Source of the DNA: Octopus vulgaris
Taxonomy: Eukaryota
Length of the DNA stretch: 64,000 bases
Direction: 5' to 3'
NCBI GenBank assembly: GCA_951406725.2
Contig: OX597831.1
Span: 45,322,001 to 45,386,000, forward strand
Shown here: positions 41,725 to 55,455 of the stretch, piece by piece
Position numbering within the stretch: position 1 is the stretch's first letter
Layout of the letters: every line of letters begins with the position of its first letter
Program-made: the position numbers and the translations under genes
Notes under the pieces: generated by a model
What the model was told of the DNA's origin: nothing
Databases searched by the model: none
What the model saw: the letters and a program-made list of their open reading frames with translations, nothing else

Positions 41725-42770
41725 GTAAATTCTAACAGAGCCACAAGGCCACAAATTTAGAGAATGGTGTAATTAATTAAATACAAATTGCTTCATTGAC
41801 CTTGTAAGGATGAAAGGCAATATGAAGCCCTAATGGGATTTAAATTCAGAATTTGTTCAGAGATCTACTGATTCTGTCATTCACAGCCTTTTTTAATAAT
41901 AACAATAACAACAACAACAACAACAATAATAATAATAATCCTTTCTACTATAGGCATAAGGCCTGAAATTTGGTGGGAAGGGATTAGTTGATTACATTGA
42001 CCCTAGTACTCAACTGGTACTTATTTGACCCTGAAAGGATGAAAAGCAAAGTTGACCCCAGCGGAATTTGAACTCAGAACATAAAGATGGATGAAATACT
42101 GCTAAGCATTTCACATGACATGCTAACAATTCTGCCAGCTCATTGCCTTAATAATAATAATAATGGTTTCAAATTTTGGCACAAAGTCAGTATTTTGGGG
42201 GGAGGTACATCGATCCCAGTACTCAACTGGTACTTCTTTTATTGAGCTCAAGAGGATGAAAGGCAAAGTCAACCCCAGCATAATTTTAACTCAGGATTCA
42301 AAGACACAAAATACCGCTAAGCATTTTCCCCAGCATACTAATGATTCTGCCAGCTTGCCGCCTTATTGTAATAATAATCCTTTCTACTATAGGCACAAGG
42401 CCTGAAATTTGTGGGGAGAGGACTAGTCGATTACACCACCCCCCCAGTGTTTCATTAGTACTTAATTTATTGACCCTGAAAGGATGAAAGGCAAAGTCAA
42501 CCTCGGCGGAATCTGAACTCAAAACATAGTGACAGGTGAAATCCCGCTAAGCATTTTGTCCAGCGTGCTAATGATTCTGCCAGCTCGCCACCTAAATTAT
42601 AATAATAATAACAGCAGCAATATCTAACTTTTATCATAACAACAATTTCTAACCAAGGCACAAGTGTATTTTTCATGGAGAGTATAATCGATTAAGATCA
42701 ACTGGTGCTTATTTCCCCAAACACAGAAAGAGGAAAAGCAAAGTCAATTCAGACAGAATTTGAACACAGG
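41725..42770 (-). mobile_element. Head-to-tail array of ~5 family 1 SINEs
   Basis: Units starting near 41725, 41937, 42163, 42375 and 42645, each preceded by (AAT)n. Confidence 0.85.
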
Positions 42771-43672
42771 CTATTAAAAAAAAACTTTAAAAAAAAAAAA
42801 AAACTAAAGAAACTGCAAAAACGAATAAAATTCTGGTTTATAAATCTAAATAACTGAGCTCCATGTGTAATGCTGAAGGCCGATGCAAAAATATGAGAAG
42901 AAAATAATCCTATGTGGTAAAAATATTCACTTGCAAGTTGTTTAATATAAAAAGCAAGAAATTAGTTTCAATAACTCCGAGTAAAATCCAATGTAGATAT
43001 CCAATATGTAAACTTAAGAGTAGGTCCAATTTGGAAATATTGAAGGTAAATTATACATCAAATCAAACTGGACATTAGGGCAGTTCACTAAAGTTCCAAG
43101 ATGATGTAAATGAATATCCAATATAAGAGATAGTTAAAGGAAAACAGTCAGTCCTTTGGTGCTTAACTCCAAATAAATCCATATAGCATCCAATGGAGAT
43201 GGCCACAAGTAGAGAGGTCCAAGTCAGGTTCAATAAAGACAGAAGAGAGAAATTTGCAAAAACACATATATACACACTAAAGAAGGGCAAGTATTATTAA
43301 ATTGGTTTGTCTGAATGTGTGTGTGTGTGTGTGTGTGTGTAAACATACAGTGAAAGAGAGAGAAATAGATATTTAGTTATGAAGTAGATGAAAGTAGTCA
43401 ATTATATTTACCAAATAAACAACAGATATATAAATTACTTACTGTCTCAAGACAACATTGTATAACTTAAATTATATCATGAAATTACTATAATTAACTA
43501 ACCATACTACCTCAGAAAATAACATTATATAACTACCTAAATTGTAAACAAGCTAATTCCCAAGCTAATTCATTAAGTTCAAAATAAAATATTATATAAG
43601 TGAAAAGTAAATAAATCTAACCAGAAAAACATTTTTTTCAGTAAAAAAAAAAAAAATATATACTATACTCAC

Positions 43673-43732
43673 ATTTCCTTTGGGAGGGAGGTACATAAGG
43701 GTTCTATAGAATGGATATGTTGTACAATACAT
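43673..43732 (-). CDS. TCF12: Candidate alternative first coding exon C, HEBAlt/TCF4-A-like (MYCTTYPFYRTLMYLPPKGN)
   Basis: ATG at 43732-43730, 20 open codons, donor AAT|GTGAGT, phase 0. MYC...YP...LMY pattern as in the vertebrate Alt domain. Confidence 0.75.
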
Positions 43733-45447
43733 TGTAACTAGTTTCAAAAGATGAGCGAAAGTGAATGAATCAGACTATTCAGCTGGTCATTAGATCCAAA
43801 GTGAACAAATTAGACCAATATATGTTCAGAGACATTGAGAACCCAGCTACAAGTGACCACTCACAGCTATAATCCATTAGTTAGAAGAGAAAGAACTTTT
43901 CCAATTAATTCACATTATTATGAAGTAACTTTCATAAACTAATCATTGCTGTTGTTGATGATAATGATGGGAGATGAGAGATGATAATGAGCGTAGTAAA
44001 ACCTTGGTATCAATTATCTACTTAGCTGTTTGAAAGAATAGTAAAAAGCCTTCATGAATGGACAGGTATTCCTCCTAGTATGAGACGCCAAGATTATTAG
44101 GCCAATGTGGGAAACAAGCTAAACTAAGAGTAGAGGTTCAGGCAGCATAAGCTGAAATAACATCTTTGTCTGGTAGTAGAAGTTGGTTTCTTAAAATTCA
44201 GCAGCAGCAGCATACATGGTATCACCAGCACAAGCCAGTCTATTCACAGACTTGCAGTAGTAGGATTTAAACTAGGTTAAGAATGTGATTTGTGTCAACT
44301 TACAAACTAGATTATTGCATACTGTGTTGATTCTAGAGAGAAGGGATAATTTGACAAAAAAAAAAAAAAAAAAATCTACATCAGTAATAAGTTAGGGTAC
44401 ATCTCTCTTTTTCTCTCTCTCTATTTCAAGAACAGTTATTAATAGTTTAAAAACATTAAGTTTTGCAATAGGTTTATTATATTTGTAGTTCATCCCAAGT
44501 GTGTGTGTGTTCACACATGCTCACACAAACACAACATAAATAGTGTTAAGAAAGAAAAAAAAGAAGAGGATAAAAAACAAGACAAAGCTAACACTTGCTA
44601 AATGAAAGATTTTAAATAAGGATTTTTAAATAAAAATAATAATAATAGTAACTTGATACAAGAAATTGTTTTTTTCCCTCCCTTTGAATTAGTACTAAAT
44701 TAATTAGACCTGAGCAAAAAACATTTAAAAATACAAGAAAAAAGCTAGAATTATAACAAATCCTTACTTTTATACATTTTTTTTTAAAAAATGGAAGGAA
44801 AAGTCATTTTATGAAATATTAATATAGTGTTGTGGGTATGAAGTGGGGGTGGGACAGGATTAAAGCCTAAGCATACACAAACTTTATTTTTAATGTCAGT
44901 AAAGCCTGGCATTTAAGTATAAAATTATTTTAATTCTATATCTTCAAATATGAATACATAGGGGAACAATTTAGGAAAAGTTATTAATTCTTTTTTGACA
45001 GACAAAACAACTACGGTTTTATTTTATTTTATATACAGAAGGAGAGGGTGTGGCCATCAATACTCTACCAATATTAAATTATAATAGGTGAATTGTGTGT
45101 TAAAGGGAGAGACAAGAGATGGAGCATGGGGTGTATAGACTTGGTCAAAGCAAAAAAGAAAGGAAAAGGAAAAATTGGGTCAAAAGTATTTTTACAAAAA
45201 GTAGCAGCATTTCTCTCAATGGTTTAGGATCATGAGCTAAATTTCATCAAGAATCAACAGCAAAATTGGGGGAAAATATACATATTGCTTCTTTTTTTTT
45301 TATATTTCCACTAATAAACTGTTCAAACTAAAGTCCTTCTTGAGCAACACATTCATTAATAATAGCAAACAGCTAATGCTGTCAGAATTAATTAAATAGA
45401 AAGAATTATCCAAAATATAAAACTGTTTATTTCACTGTGTGTGCGTG

Positions 45448-45554
45448 CAGGCATCCAGCAACAGGACCTCCGTAATGCTATGATGGACCGTGAAGTCTGG
45501 CGCAACATGGTAAATTCCATTGTCTCGACCACGGTCGAACAATGATGATGATGA
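45448..45554 (+). mobile_element. 5'-truncated RTE-like LINE 3' end with TSD
   Basis: Encodes GIQQQDLRNAMMDREVWRNMVNSIVSTTVEQ*, has an (ATG)n tail and a perfect 12-bp TSD tgtgtgtgcgtg. Confidence 0.85.
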
Positions 45555-46006
45555 TGTGTGTGCGTGTGTCAGTTATTTAGGTGGCTTTGAAGAATATGCT
45601 GTCACATAATGAATATATAAAAAACAAGGCAAATGTTTTTGTTGTTTAATAGTGAAGATGGCAACACCTTTTCCAAACTGAACAAAGGAATCTATGAGAT
45701 TACATAGTCTGCTAAAAATAGCTACCTAATCTCCCTCAAATCACACACAACTGAAGATGGTGGAGTACACTATTCTCAAAAAGAAATGACAAGATGAGCC
45801 TGGCTTGAATATCTTTGATCACCGGTTTACTCTTTGAGATCCAAATAAGAACTAAACAACATCATATATGGAAGGTAGAAAAAGTTATTATTAATTATGT
45901 ATGATATATATATATAATTATTATTATTTGAGGGAATATTATTCCTAACTTACAGGGAAAAATTCAATTTAGAAATACTATATATTTATATACACACAGA
46001 CACACA

Positions 46007-46237
46007 CAGGGTTGGCCAGAAGTCACCTAATGGTAAATCAAAACCATTTAATTCCAAGATTTATTTATGTTTAACAACTGAATGAATTTACTAAACATCT
46101 AAATATGAAACATCATGATAAAGTGTTCAAACTAAAGTCCTTCTTGAGCAACACATTTTCCATTTAAGTCAATACAGAATTATAGATAGTATCTATGTAA
46201 TTTTGATTTACTGTCTGGTGACTTTTGGCTAACCCTA
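46007..46237 (-). mobile_element. Tc1/mariner-derived MITE
   Basis: TIRs CAGGGTTGGCCAGAAGTCACC..GTAAATCAAAA / TTTTGATTTAC..GGTGACTTTTGGCTAACCCT in a CA/TA context; internal transposase C-terminal remnant (KCVAQEGL*FEH) on the minus strand. Confidence 0.8.
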
Positions 46238-46357
46238 TATATATATATATATATATATATTGTCAGTAAAAAGGGTAGAATTAATTAATTGTTAATCAAT
46301 TCGACCAAGCAGTATTCGGTATGTAAAAGGACCATTTACGGTATATTTGAAGTATTA

Positions 46358-46418
<61 letters not shown>

Positions 46419-48221
46419 CATATATATATATATATATATTTATACACACACACACACACATTAGCTGACACAAAATGTAGATATTCATTTAATCATTGGC
46501 TCTCACACAATCAAGAACTCAGTTTGTTTACATTTCATCTTATTTGATTACACTCATTTACTTCCAAAGTTTTCTATCCTTTTTTAAAGAAATGTTATCA
46601 CTCATAAGAAAATCATCATTGGAATAGAAATGTTTTTTTCTTTTCTTTCATTTTTTTCCCCCTTATAAGATCATTCACATACACACTCACACATGTGTGC
46701 ATGCACACACAGGCACAATGCATTGCCATGTTCTATAGTCTCCCATTCCTTATTGCTTTCATACAGACTTTTGTCATGACTGGAATTAATTCTTAATTAG
46801 TTATGGAGCATACTCAGTGAAAAATACTTTGTCTAGCTGAATTAAAATATGCTCTGTGGAAAGTATATGTATTTTACACACACACACATTTACACAGGCA
46901 CGTGTGTAAATAGACACACACATACATGTATACACATGCAAGTATCATTTTAATAATTAAAATATAAAGTAATTTCCTCGATAAATAATAGCTAATTAAC
47001 TTCTAAACATGACCAAGCTAATAAACAAATAAAGACATTCAATTATCTGGTTAATGTATTAAGTTTAGAAAGCTCAAATCAAAATATTTATTGATGAAAC
47101 TCAGGGTATTTGAAATCTTTAGCATGCAGACAGGAAGTTTATATGGGGAAGTAGGAGAGAGAAGCCAGAGAAAAGGGTAGAGGGATCTAAGACATGCCCC
47201 ACTCCCAAACATGTTCCTATTAGCATGGCAGGCCCAACTGGTCAGAATATAATTGATAAAACACATTGACTAGAAAGAGAATAATCTATTTATTGCTAGG
47301 GTTTGTGGGGATAATTTTTTTTCATTCTAAACAAATATAAATTTCTAAAATCATAAAAAATAACACAGTATTTTTCAATAAAATGGATCCAGGAGATTTT
47401 ATCTAGTGAGTTGAGACATATCTAATGAACTAATAAAAAGATTAGATTAGTTGATAATATGGCTTCAACAAATCAGCAGGAAAGAGATATAAAAAGTTAA
47501 CTCTAAAAGTGAGAATTCTATAAAATATATAAACCTATGCCAAAATATTTACTCTTTTAGACTACCAGCAGAATATAAGATCCATCCATATTATAAATAT
47601 ATATTTGTATTTATTATATACAGTAATTAGAAACCTCATTAAAGTCTTAACCATAGTCTGGTAAAAAAGAAAAGTAAAATAAAATCATGAAATAATAAAG
47701 TCAATGTAAATAAAACAAACTTTTTTCTCCTAAGATTTTTAATTTCTTAAGAAGGAATAGGTTCAAACATTTGGTCATCTTTCAAATATTAAAACAGTTG
47801 AACAGAATTATACTTTATCAAAAAGTAGAGGAAGCTAATTAAGGGACAAATTTTACTAAAGTACACTGTGATTATGCCCATGTGTTATAATCCTGTTAAA
47901 ACATCAGAATTGGAAATAAAGTGGTATAAGATTTCAAAACTTTAGTAGAAGCTGTTGAACCACATAAAATAATTAAATACTAGATAGTATTTAACTATTT
48001 CTATTTAATTGTTAGTTTTAAAAACTAGAAGGAAAACAAATATGCCCCTTATTTTTTTTTTATTGTTGAGACAAATTTCCTTGGTTCTATTCTGGGAAAG
48101 AGAGCAGAACAAAAAAAAAAAATGATAGTAGTCAGTCATGCTATAGTTGTGAGACCCAGTAAACAATAAATAAACAAACATATAGAAAACATTTAGACAG
48201 TAAGCATGAAATGAAGCACAC

Positions 48222-48251
48222 CTGTAACTTGGGTCTGGAGTAGTAGTACAT
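48222..48251 (-). CDS. TCF12: Candidate alternative first coding exon B (MYYYSRPKLQ)
   Basis: ATG with an upstream in-frame TAA, donor CAG|GTGTGC, phase 0. MYYY matches the end of the vertebrate Alt peptide (LMYYYNGK). Confidence 0.55.
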
Positions 48252-48254
48252 TGG

Positions 48255-48520
48255 CACCAAATGTGCAATGTCAGACAGCTGCAACCCTCTCTGTCCTTAA
48301 ATCAAGCACTGCTGCTACAGTTAAATTGCCAGCAAAGGAGATATAGGTGAGAGAGAGTGAAAGAAAGAGAAAGGGAGAGTGGGGGGGGGGCAGAGGAAGG
48401 AGAGAGAGAGAAAAAGAGGCAGAGTGTTAGAGCATAAGAATGAGTTAGTGATGGTAAGAGGGAGAGCGAGAAAAATAAGTGAGAGTTAGTGGGGAGAAGG
48501 AGAGAAGAGATAACATCTAG
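48255..48520 (-). promoter_or_regulatory. Putative internal promoter / 5' UTR for alternative exon B
   Basis: Long GA/CT-rich tract with a G run directly upstream of the exon B ATG; E-boxes CAGCTG (48276) and CAAATG (48258) nearby. Confidence 0.35.
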
Positions 48521-50794
48521 TAAAAGTTAATAGTCATCACACACAGTTTTAAAGACAACGATATATTCCCATGAATATGAGAATTCCAAAATCTAAGTAT
48601 CATCAGCAGATTCTGAAGGTTTGGTCCAATTTCAACCACAGTAGGTAACAACCAACTTGACACAGATGTTTAGCAACACACCAGAAGCAAACTTCAGTCA
48701 AGACACTCACAGTAGAATGAAAATAATAACCATAAAAAGTCTTTCCTAATTATGTAAATAAGTCTCAGTAAACCTATTTAAAGTTGAAATTATAAACCTA
48801 ATTATAAAACAGTATAGGAATATAAGAGAATAAATTATCCTATTCATAAGGATGTGAATTCAAACAACCACATACATGAATGAATACAACAAAGTTGAAA
48901 TATTTTAAGATAGTCCTTTAGAGTAAGTAAAAATGGATTAGAGAACTTATGAACATATGTGGCAGAAAGCAACTGAAGCTGAACACCCCTAAATGAAATT
49001 GGGATTTCCCTGAGTGAAATATGAGCTAGGTGTAAAGTTAAGTGCTAACAGAGAGTTTGGTCTATGATTGAGACCATATGGAAAAGCTGAAGTGAGAAAT
49101 CTATTCAGAGATGTAACTAAGGCTAGCAGAGATACATATTCTAAAAGAGAATAGCAGCAATCAAGAGAAGGGAACAGATATTAAAAAGAAAAAAAAAAGT
49201 ATAGAAGAAAATCAAATGTTTTTAAATGCTTTAATTTTTAATATGAATTTAAAGAAAGAAATTAAATTCCATAAAATTAACACAACAAAATCTGAAGTAA
49301 ATTTTTGTTTTTAAATGGAAACTTTTATTTAGTAGTAAATATATTTTTAAAAAGTGGAATATATTTGCAGCTAAGTTATTTATCTTCTATCAAAAGTATT
49401 AATATTTCATGTTATTATTTTATCTGGGAAAAAAGAAAAATTCCAGCAGTGTAGACAGATCTCCTGCTGAGTGAATGAAGTCTTATAGTATTTATAAAAC
49501 CAAGTTTCATACTATGCTACTGTTCCAGCTAGTTAAGTCTGATACAGTTTAGGACCTGGAGACCACCCCTCCTCCATTGCTATGTTATGCCACATTAAAA
49601 ACAATAAGATAATAGGCATTGTTTACTACTAAAAGCTATTTTCAAAATTTAATTACCCATGGCACAGTTTCAGACTATAGCAAAAGATATTAATGTTTTG
49701 AATTCTTTCTATAGTAACCACACTAATAAACATCCAAATAATTTAATGTTTTGGTTGCAAAGTTTTCAAATTCATTATAGTGTGTGATATCCTACAAAGT
49801 TAAGAATATATTTAATGTTTACCATTCTGTGGGGCATAACTAAAGACAGCAATTTATTTTATTATTTAGTCTATGGCTACATCCTATATAAACAAATTAA
49901 CAGATTAGTAAAGGCTAATTAGAAATAATAATCTAATATTTTGTGATAGCAATTAGACTATATTTGAAAATAAAATTCCTTTACTAGTAATACTTCAAAT
50001 CAAAATTTTAAAAATTCCCCTCACTCTTAAAAACTTCACCCAAGCAATTCACGTGTAGGGACACATGACCAGTCTAAGTTTTGTAATTAATGGATAATCC
50101 TGAACTAGTTTACTTAAGTTACAGTTTATTTATTTGAAATGCATCATTCTTTGGGTCTCCTTGTGCCTTCCAAAGACCAATTTTCAAACATATCCTCAAC
50201 AAAGTAACTTTTATTTTACTGTTTTTATATGAATATATATATATATATATATAAATACATACATTTCTCACCAGTTCTTTTGTAATAAGAGAAAAAATAT
50301 ATATAAAGTTGCTTTTCCACAATAAAATACTTCATTCTATACCAGTACTACAATATTTAAAGCCCAAGTTTAATATATAACTTTGATGTGATCTGTAAAG
50401 TTTTATTCTTGCATGTTTAAAGATTTTTCATCTAAAAAGTATTTTCCTTTAATCATAAAAATTACAAATGAGTTCTTAACAATTCTAACTCACAAACAAC
50501 AATTGAAAAAATGTTTTTTCCTTAATGCAGAATATTTCTTCAAAATGAATACACATAAAAACATCAACATAGAAATTGCTGGGATGCAACTGTCTATGTT
50601 CAAAGGATTTGCCATTTATATATAACAGGTTTAACAGATATTATCTGGAAAATGAAAATCTGAAATGGCTTTTCACTGGACATGCATTTAGAAGAAAGGA
50701 CAATAGATAGAATACCAAATTATATAACTGAAAGAACACCATGTCCAGGAAGAGGCATTCATCCAGTAGTGGACTAAACAAGTGCAAGGATGAT

Positions 50795-50843
<49 letters not shown>

Positions 50844-50972
50844 GGTATGTAGAAAAATACAACATGGACAAGAACGTATAACTCTTAGAAGACGACACAA
50901 TAAACACGGACAGGACATTCGAAACCCTCAGTCTTCAGTCAAGAACCGGATCATCGTAGTAATTTCGGCTGA

Positions 50973-51144
<172 letters not shown>

Positions 51145-54100
51145 ATTTTCACACCAATTACTTTAAAATGTGAGAGAAAATACAAGAAAGGAATTAGCTA
51201 CTTGACACAAAATTTTTAATTCAGTACAGTATGGCTTGACAGGATTTGAAAGATGATAACTTCAGTTTAACAATAACTTTTAATTCATAAATTTTCTTCC
51301 TTTGTGGCATTTGAAGATCTCTTTTCCTTCAAGGTTAAAACCATTTTAAACATCTAACAACTTTTAACTTACTGGAGACATTTGAACAAAGAAAGAGAAA
51401 AAAAATCCTGTGCAAGAATATTTGGAAAAGCATAAATTCAAAAGCCTTGTGTATGTTATTTTATATATCCCTCCCAATATTTATTTCTTGTTAAATTTCT
51501 ATCCAAATGCACACAAAATAAAATAAGAGTTTAGGGGGAAAATAACCGTTCAATAAGAAATGCTGCAGAGATTTATCTAAAAATAAAACTGCTATTTTTA
51601 TAGATATTAGAGTCTTCCTGCAAAACATGAGAAATGTGGCTCTCAAAATCACGGGCAGAAGTGTCAGAGCTAAGAGTGAATGTGGTCACCTGGATATTTA
51701 AAATAGAGGCCTAGATGGGCTGAGAAAAGGGTGTGGGGATATGTTGCGAAGATGGAGCATGATTGGATAGAAGAGGACATGAAGTAGTTGATAAAATCTA
51801 GGACATCTAAACTGGTGAAAATCCGAAGCTAAAAACAGTACCATAAATCTGCCATAAAATGCATGTTTGTTTGGAAAATCAAATCATTGAAAATGAAAAG
51901 TATATATTCACCCCTTTAGTTTTATAGTAATCTTGTAGTTAAACAACCCAGTTGGTCAACAGGGAGCGAAAACATCTATCAGAATAAACTGAATTATATA
52001 ATGTTAAACAATAAAGTAACATTTTCATGAATCTGTCATTCCAAATCTTTGCTCTCCTCTTTGCTATAGACATTACTTAAATATGCATTCACATAAGCAC
52101 AGTGGAGAACTGAGATGTGCCTAAGATTGCAGTATTTGTATTATTTCATAAATGGTAGTAATGAATTATCTTAGTAGCTCTTACAAACTTTAAATATTCA
52201 TTGCTTTATATTTTATATCATACATTTTAAAAGTCACATATCTAATCATTATTCCAACACCTAATATTCTTATTTTATTAGCACCATCAACATCATTTGA
52301 TGCAATGTAACTCAAAATGAATAATATAGATATAAACTTTAAAAAATATCTTAAAACAATTTATACATCAATTCAAGTTAGTATATATCTTGATCGCAAA
52401 TACGCAAAATATTGAAAAAACAATACGCGATGTAACGCAAGGGAGATAACTAATGATCTACGAAGGCACAGATTATCTTTTCTTGAAACATGCTGTTAAA
52501 AACTCGGCATTTAGCATTAGTTACAGTTGATAGTAATTTGAATAAAGAGAAGGGGTAGTTTAGTTTTATAGTTTATACACCATATTTCGATCGATATTTT
52601 TGGAATTGGAGAAAAGCGTGAAAATAAGGTTGATTTACAATTGTGTTAGAAGGAATCAATCGCCGTACTATAAACAATAACATTTCAATTCAGTTTCACA
52701 AGATGTTCCTTCTTGTTCGTGTGTAGCACATGACGCAACACTCAACGCATTTTGCCTTAGTTTACTGCCATCTGATAAGATGGCATCAAAACGGTTTCTA
52801 ATTTAGACAAGAAGTAAGCAATTTTGAGAGGGACTTTCTTAGACACAAAGTTAGCAATTCTGAGGGGTTAGTGGATACCATCGACCTCAAAACTAGACTG
52901 GTATGTTATTTTATTGACCCTGGAGGGTTGAAAGGTTAAGTTGATCATAGCAAGATTTAATGAGTTAAAACAAATACTATAACTTTTTAAAACTTTCTTT
53001 GGATTTATATTTTAAAATACAATTGTAGTTACAATGTAGATCAGAGAAATTTAAATAGGTCTTTCTAAAAATTCGTATTTAACTGTAAAGTTAAGCTTTC
53101 AATAAATTTAAATCAACAAAAATATAATCCAATATAATGATTTGTACTTCTTTCTGAAGGACTTAAGCATCCTACCCCCACCATCGGCCTGGGGTATAGC
53201 AACAATGCTACTGCCGCAGCTGTCAATTTTTACTCAGCAGTTATACTTCAGTAGAACATTTTAATAATATTTTAGGAGTTTAATCCGAACCCTACCAAAT
53301 GACATTGATTAAAATTGATGTATTTTAAACATAGCAATTGAAAGTTCACTTTCAATCAGATATATATATTCCTTGGGTGACCAACGGACGACCAAGATTT
53401 AACAGGATGTTTCTGCTGCTATGTTCAAAGCCAACTTGAAGAGGAAATAAACTTGATTGAATCAGCGTAATGTACACAGCGATACAAAGCATTGGATCAA
53501 CTGTTATAAATGATCAAGAAATATAAACAATGAGATGAAAACTATGATTGGAAATGGACCCCCTTACCACTCCATGTGATTAGTGTGAAAGAATATCAAT
53601 TTTAATCTAATACTGTCATTTCAGTATTAGGGATTAGATGTCTATAAGCATTAATGCAGAGTCTAACAAAGTAAAGCATTTGACAAGAGCTGTATTGTAT
53701 AGTGAGGTGTGGTGAAGAAAGCAGGAATTAGATATGGATGAATGACTTATGAAAGGAAGTTATAAATTCAGGTGTGGGAAATATATATAAAAAAAAAGGC
53801 ATATTCAGGTTATTATTTTTATACAGAGGAATTCAAAATCTATGTGGGTCCAATTCTGGGCATGTTAATTGTAATCCAACTACTTAAAAGTGTCACAACA
53901 GAATTCAAGGCTGGAGTGTTATTGAGGGTGTCTATAAAACATTAAGATGACCTAATTTGTGAATAGAATCAGTGGAATTTAGAAACACAGTGTGGAATTA
54001 AAAGGATTAAAGGCTCAGTGGTATGTAGATATGGTTAAAGAAAGCTCAACTAGACTACTAGTAAAAGCAACCATTAAATAAGGAAAAGTGATACACTTAA

Positions 54101-55044
54101 AAATTGATACTACTATCATCTCTATAGCCCACAATTTATTTTAAAATAAATATTACTGCATTTAATAGTAATAGAATTTAATATCTAACTTTGGCACAAT
54201 GCCAACTTTGGGAGGAGTACAGTAAACTGAATCAATCGCACCAGTACGTATTTTATCAATTACAGAACGATGAAAGCTGTAGTTGATCCCAATGGGATTT
54301 GAACTCATAATGTTGAATGTAACAGGCATTTTGTCCAATATTTTGCTGTTTCTCCCAATACACCACTGCGATGACAATTATTCTTTAAATGGTACTTATG
54401 GTCTACATAATAATGAAAGGTAAAGCTGATTAAGAGGATCTACAGAAATGAAACTGTATAACCATAGGGTATTTGATCAAACTTTTTACTATTTATGCTC
54501 TCCATTGCATTTGTAATAAAAATGGTGATGGTAACGACAGGTTTGCCATCTGACCTTTGACACAAAAAATGGAGAGGGGCGAGGATGAAAAGAATGATAT
54601 TCATGATTTTCTCCACAATTTTTAACAATATAAAGATTTATCAAGGGATTACCACCTTATAGTGAGCAAACAGGTTGAAAGGACTTAATGAATAGGTCTC
54701 ATAATCACAATAACAAGATAGATATTTCAGCATTGGACACTGAGAAAATATCTGAAATGAATGAAATAGCAATCATCTAGGTTGTGGGTGCACACATCAA
54801 TATGAAATTAACTGCAAATAATAAGATATTATAATCTGAAAACTGACTGATATATGGTATGGTCGATAGAGAGAAAAATAGCCAACAATCAAGAGTGTTA
54901 CTCACAATGAAAAAAAAAAAAAAAAATTAAAAATACACACACGCTAGTGCTCCTGCTACAGTGAAAAACTTACTCCACAGACAAGAATTTACTCAATCAA
55001 ATTTCATAACTCAAAAATTCTGTCCTAACAGAAAATACACGTAT

Positions 55045-55455
55045 TCTTCTATTCTTTTACTTGTTTCAGTCATTTGACTGTGGCCATGCTGGAGCACCGC
55101 CTTTAGTCGAGCAAATCGACTCCAGGACTTAATCTTTGTAAGCCTAATACTTATTCTATCGGTCTCTTTTGTCAAACTGCTAAGTTACAGGGACGTAAAC
55201 ACACCAGCATCAGTTATTAAGTGATGTTGTGTGTGTGTGGGGGGGACAAACAAAGACATGCAAACATATATATATATATATATATATCCACATATATACC
55301 ATGGGCTTCTTTCAGTTTCCATCTACCAAATCCACTCAAGGCTTTGGTCGGCCTGAGGCTATAGTAGAAGATACTTGCCCAAGGTGCCACACAGTGAGAC
55401 TGAACCGGGAACCATGTGGTTGGTAAGCAAGCTACTTACTACACAGCCTCTCCCA
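55045..55455 (-). mobile_element. SINE family 2 copy plus adjacent repeat
   Basis: gggcttctttcagtttccatctaccaaatccactc...ttgcccaaggtgccac...gactgaaccggga; the 55045-55250 part matches fragments at 18665-18715 and 63140-63300. Confidence 0.75.
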
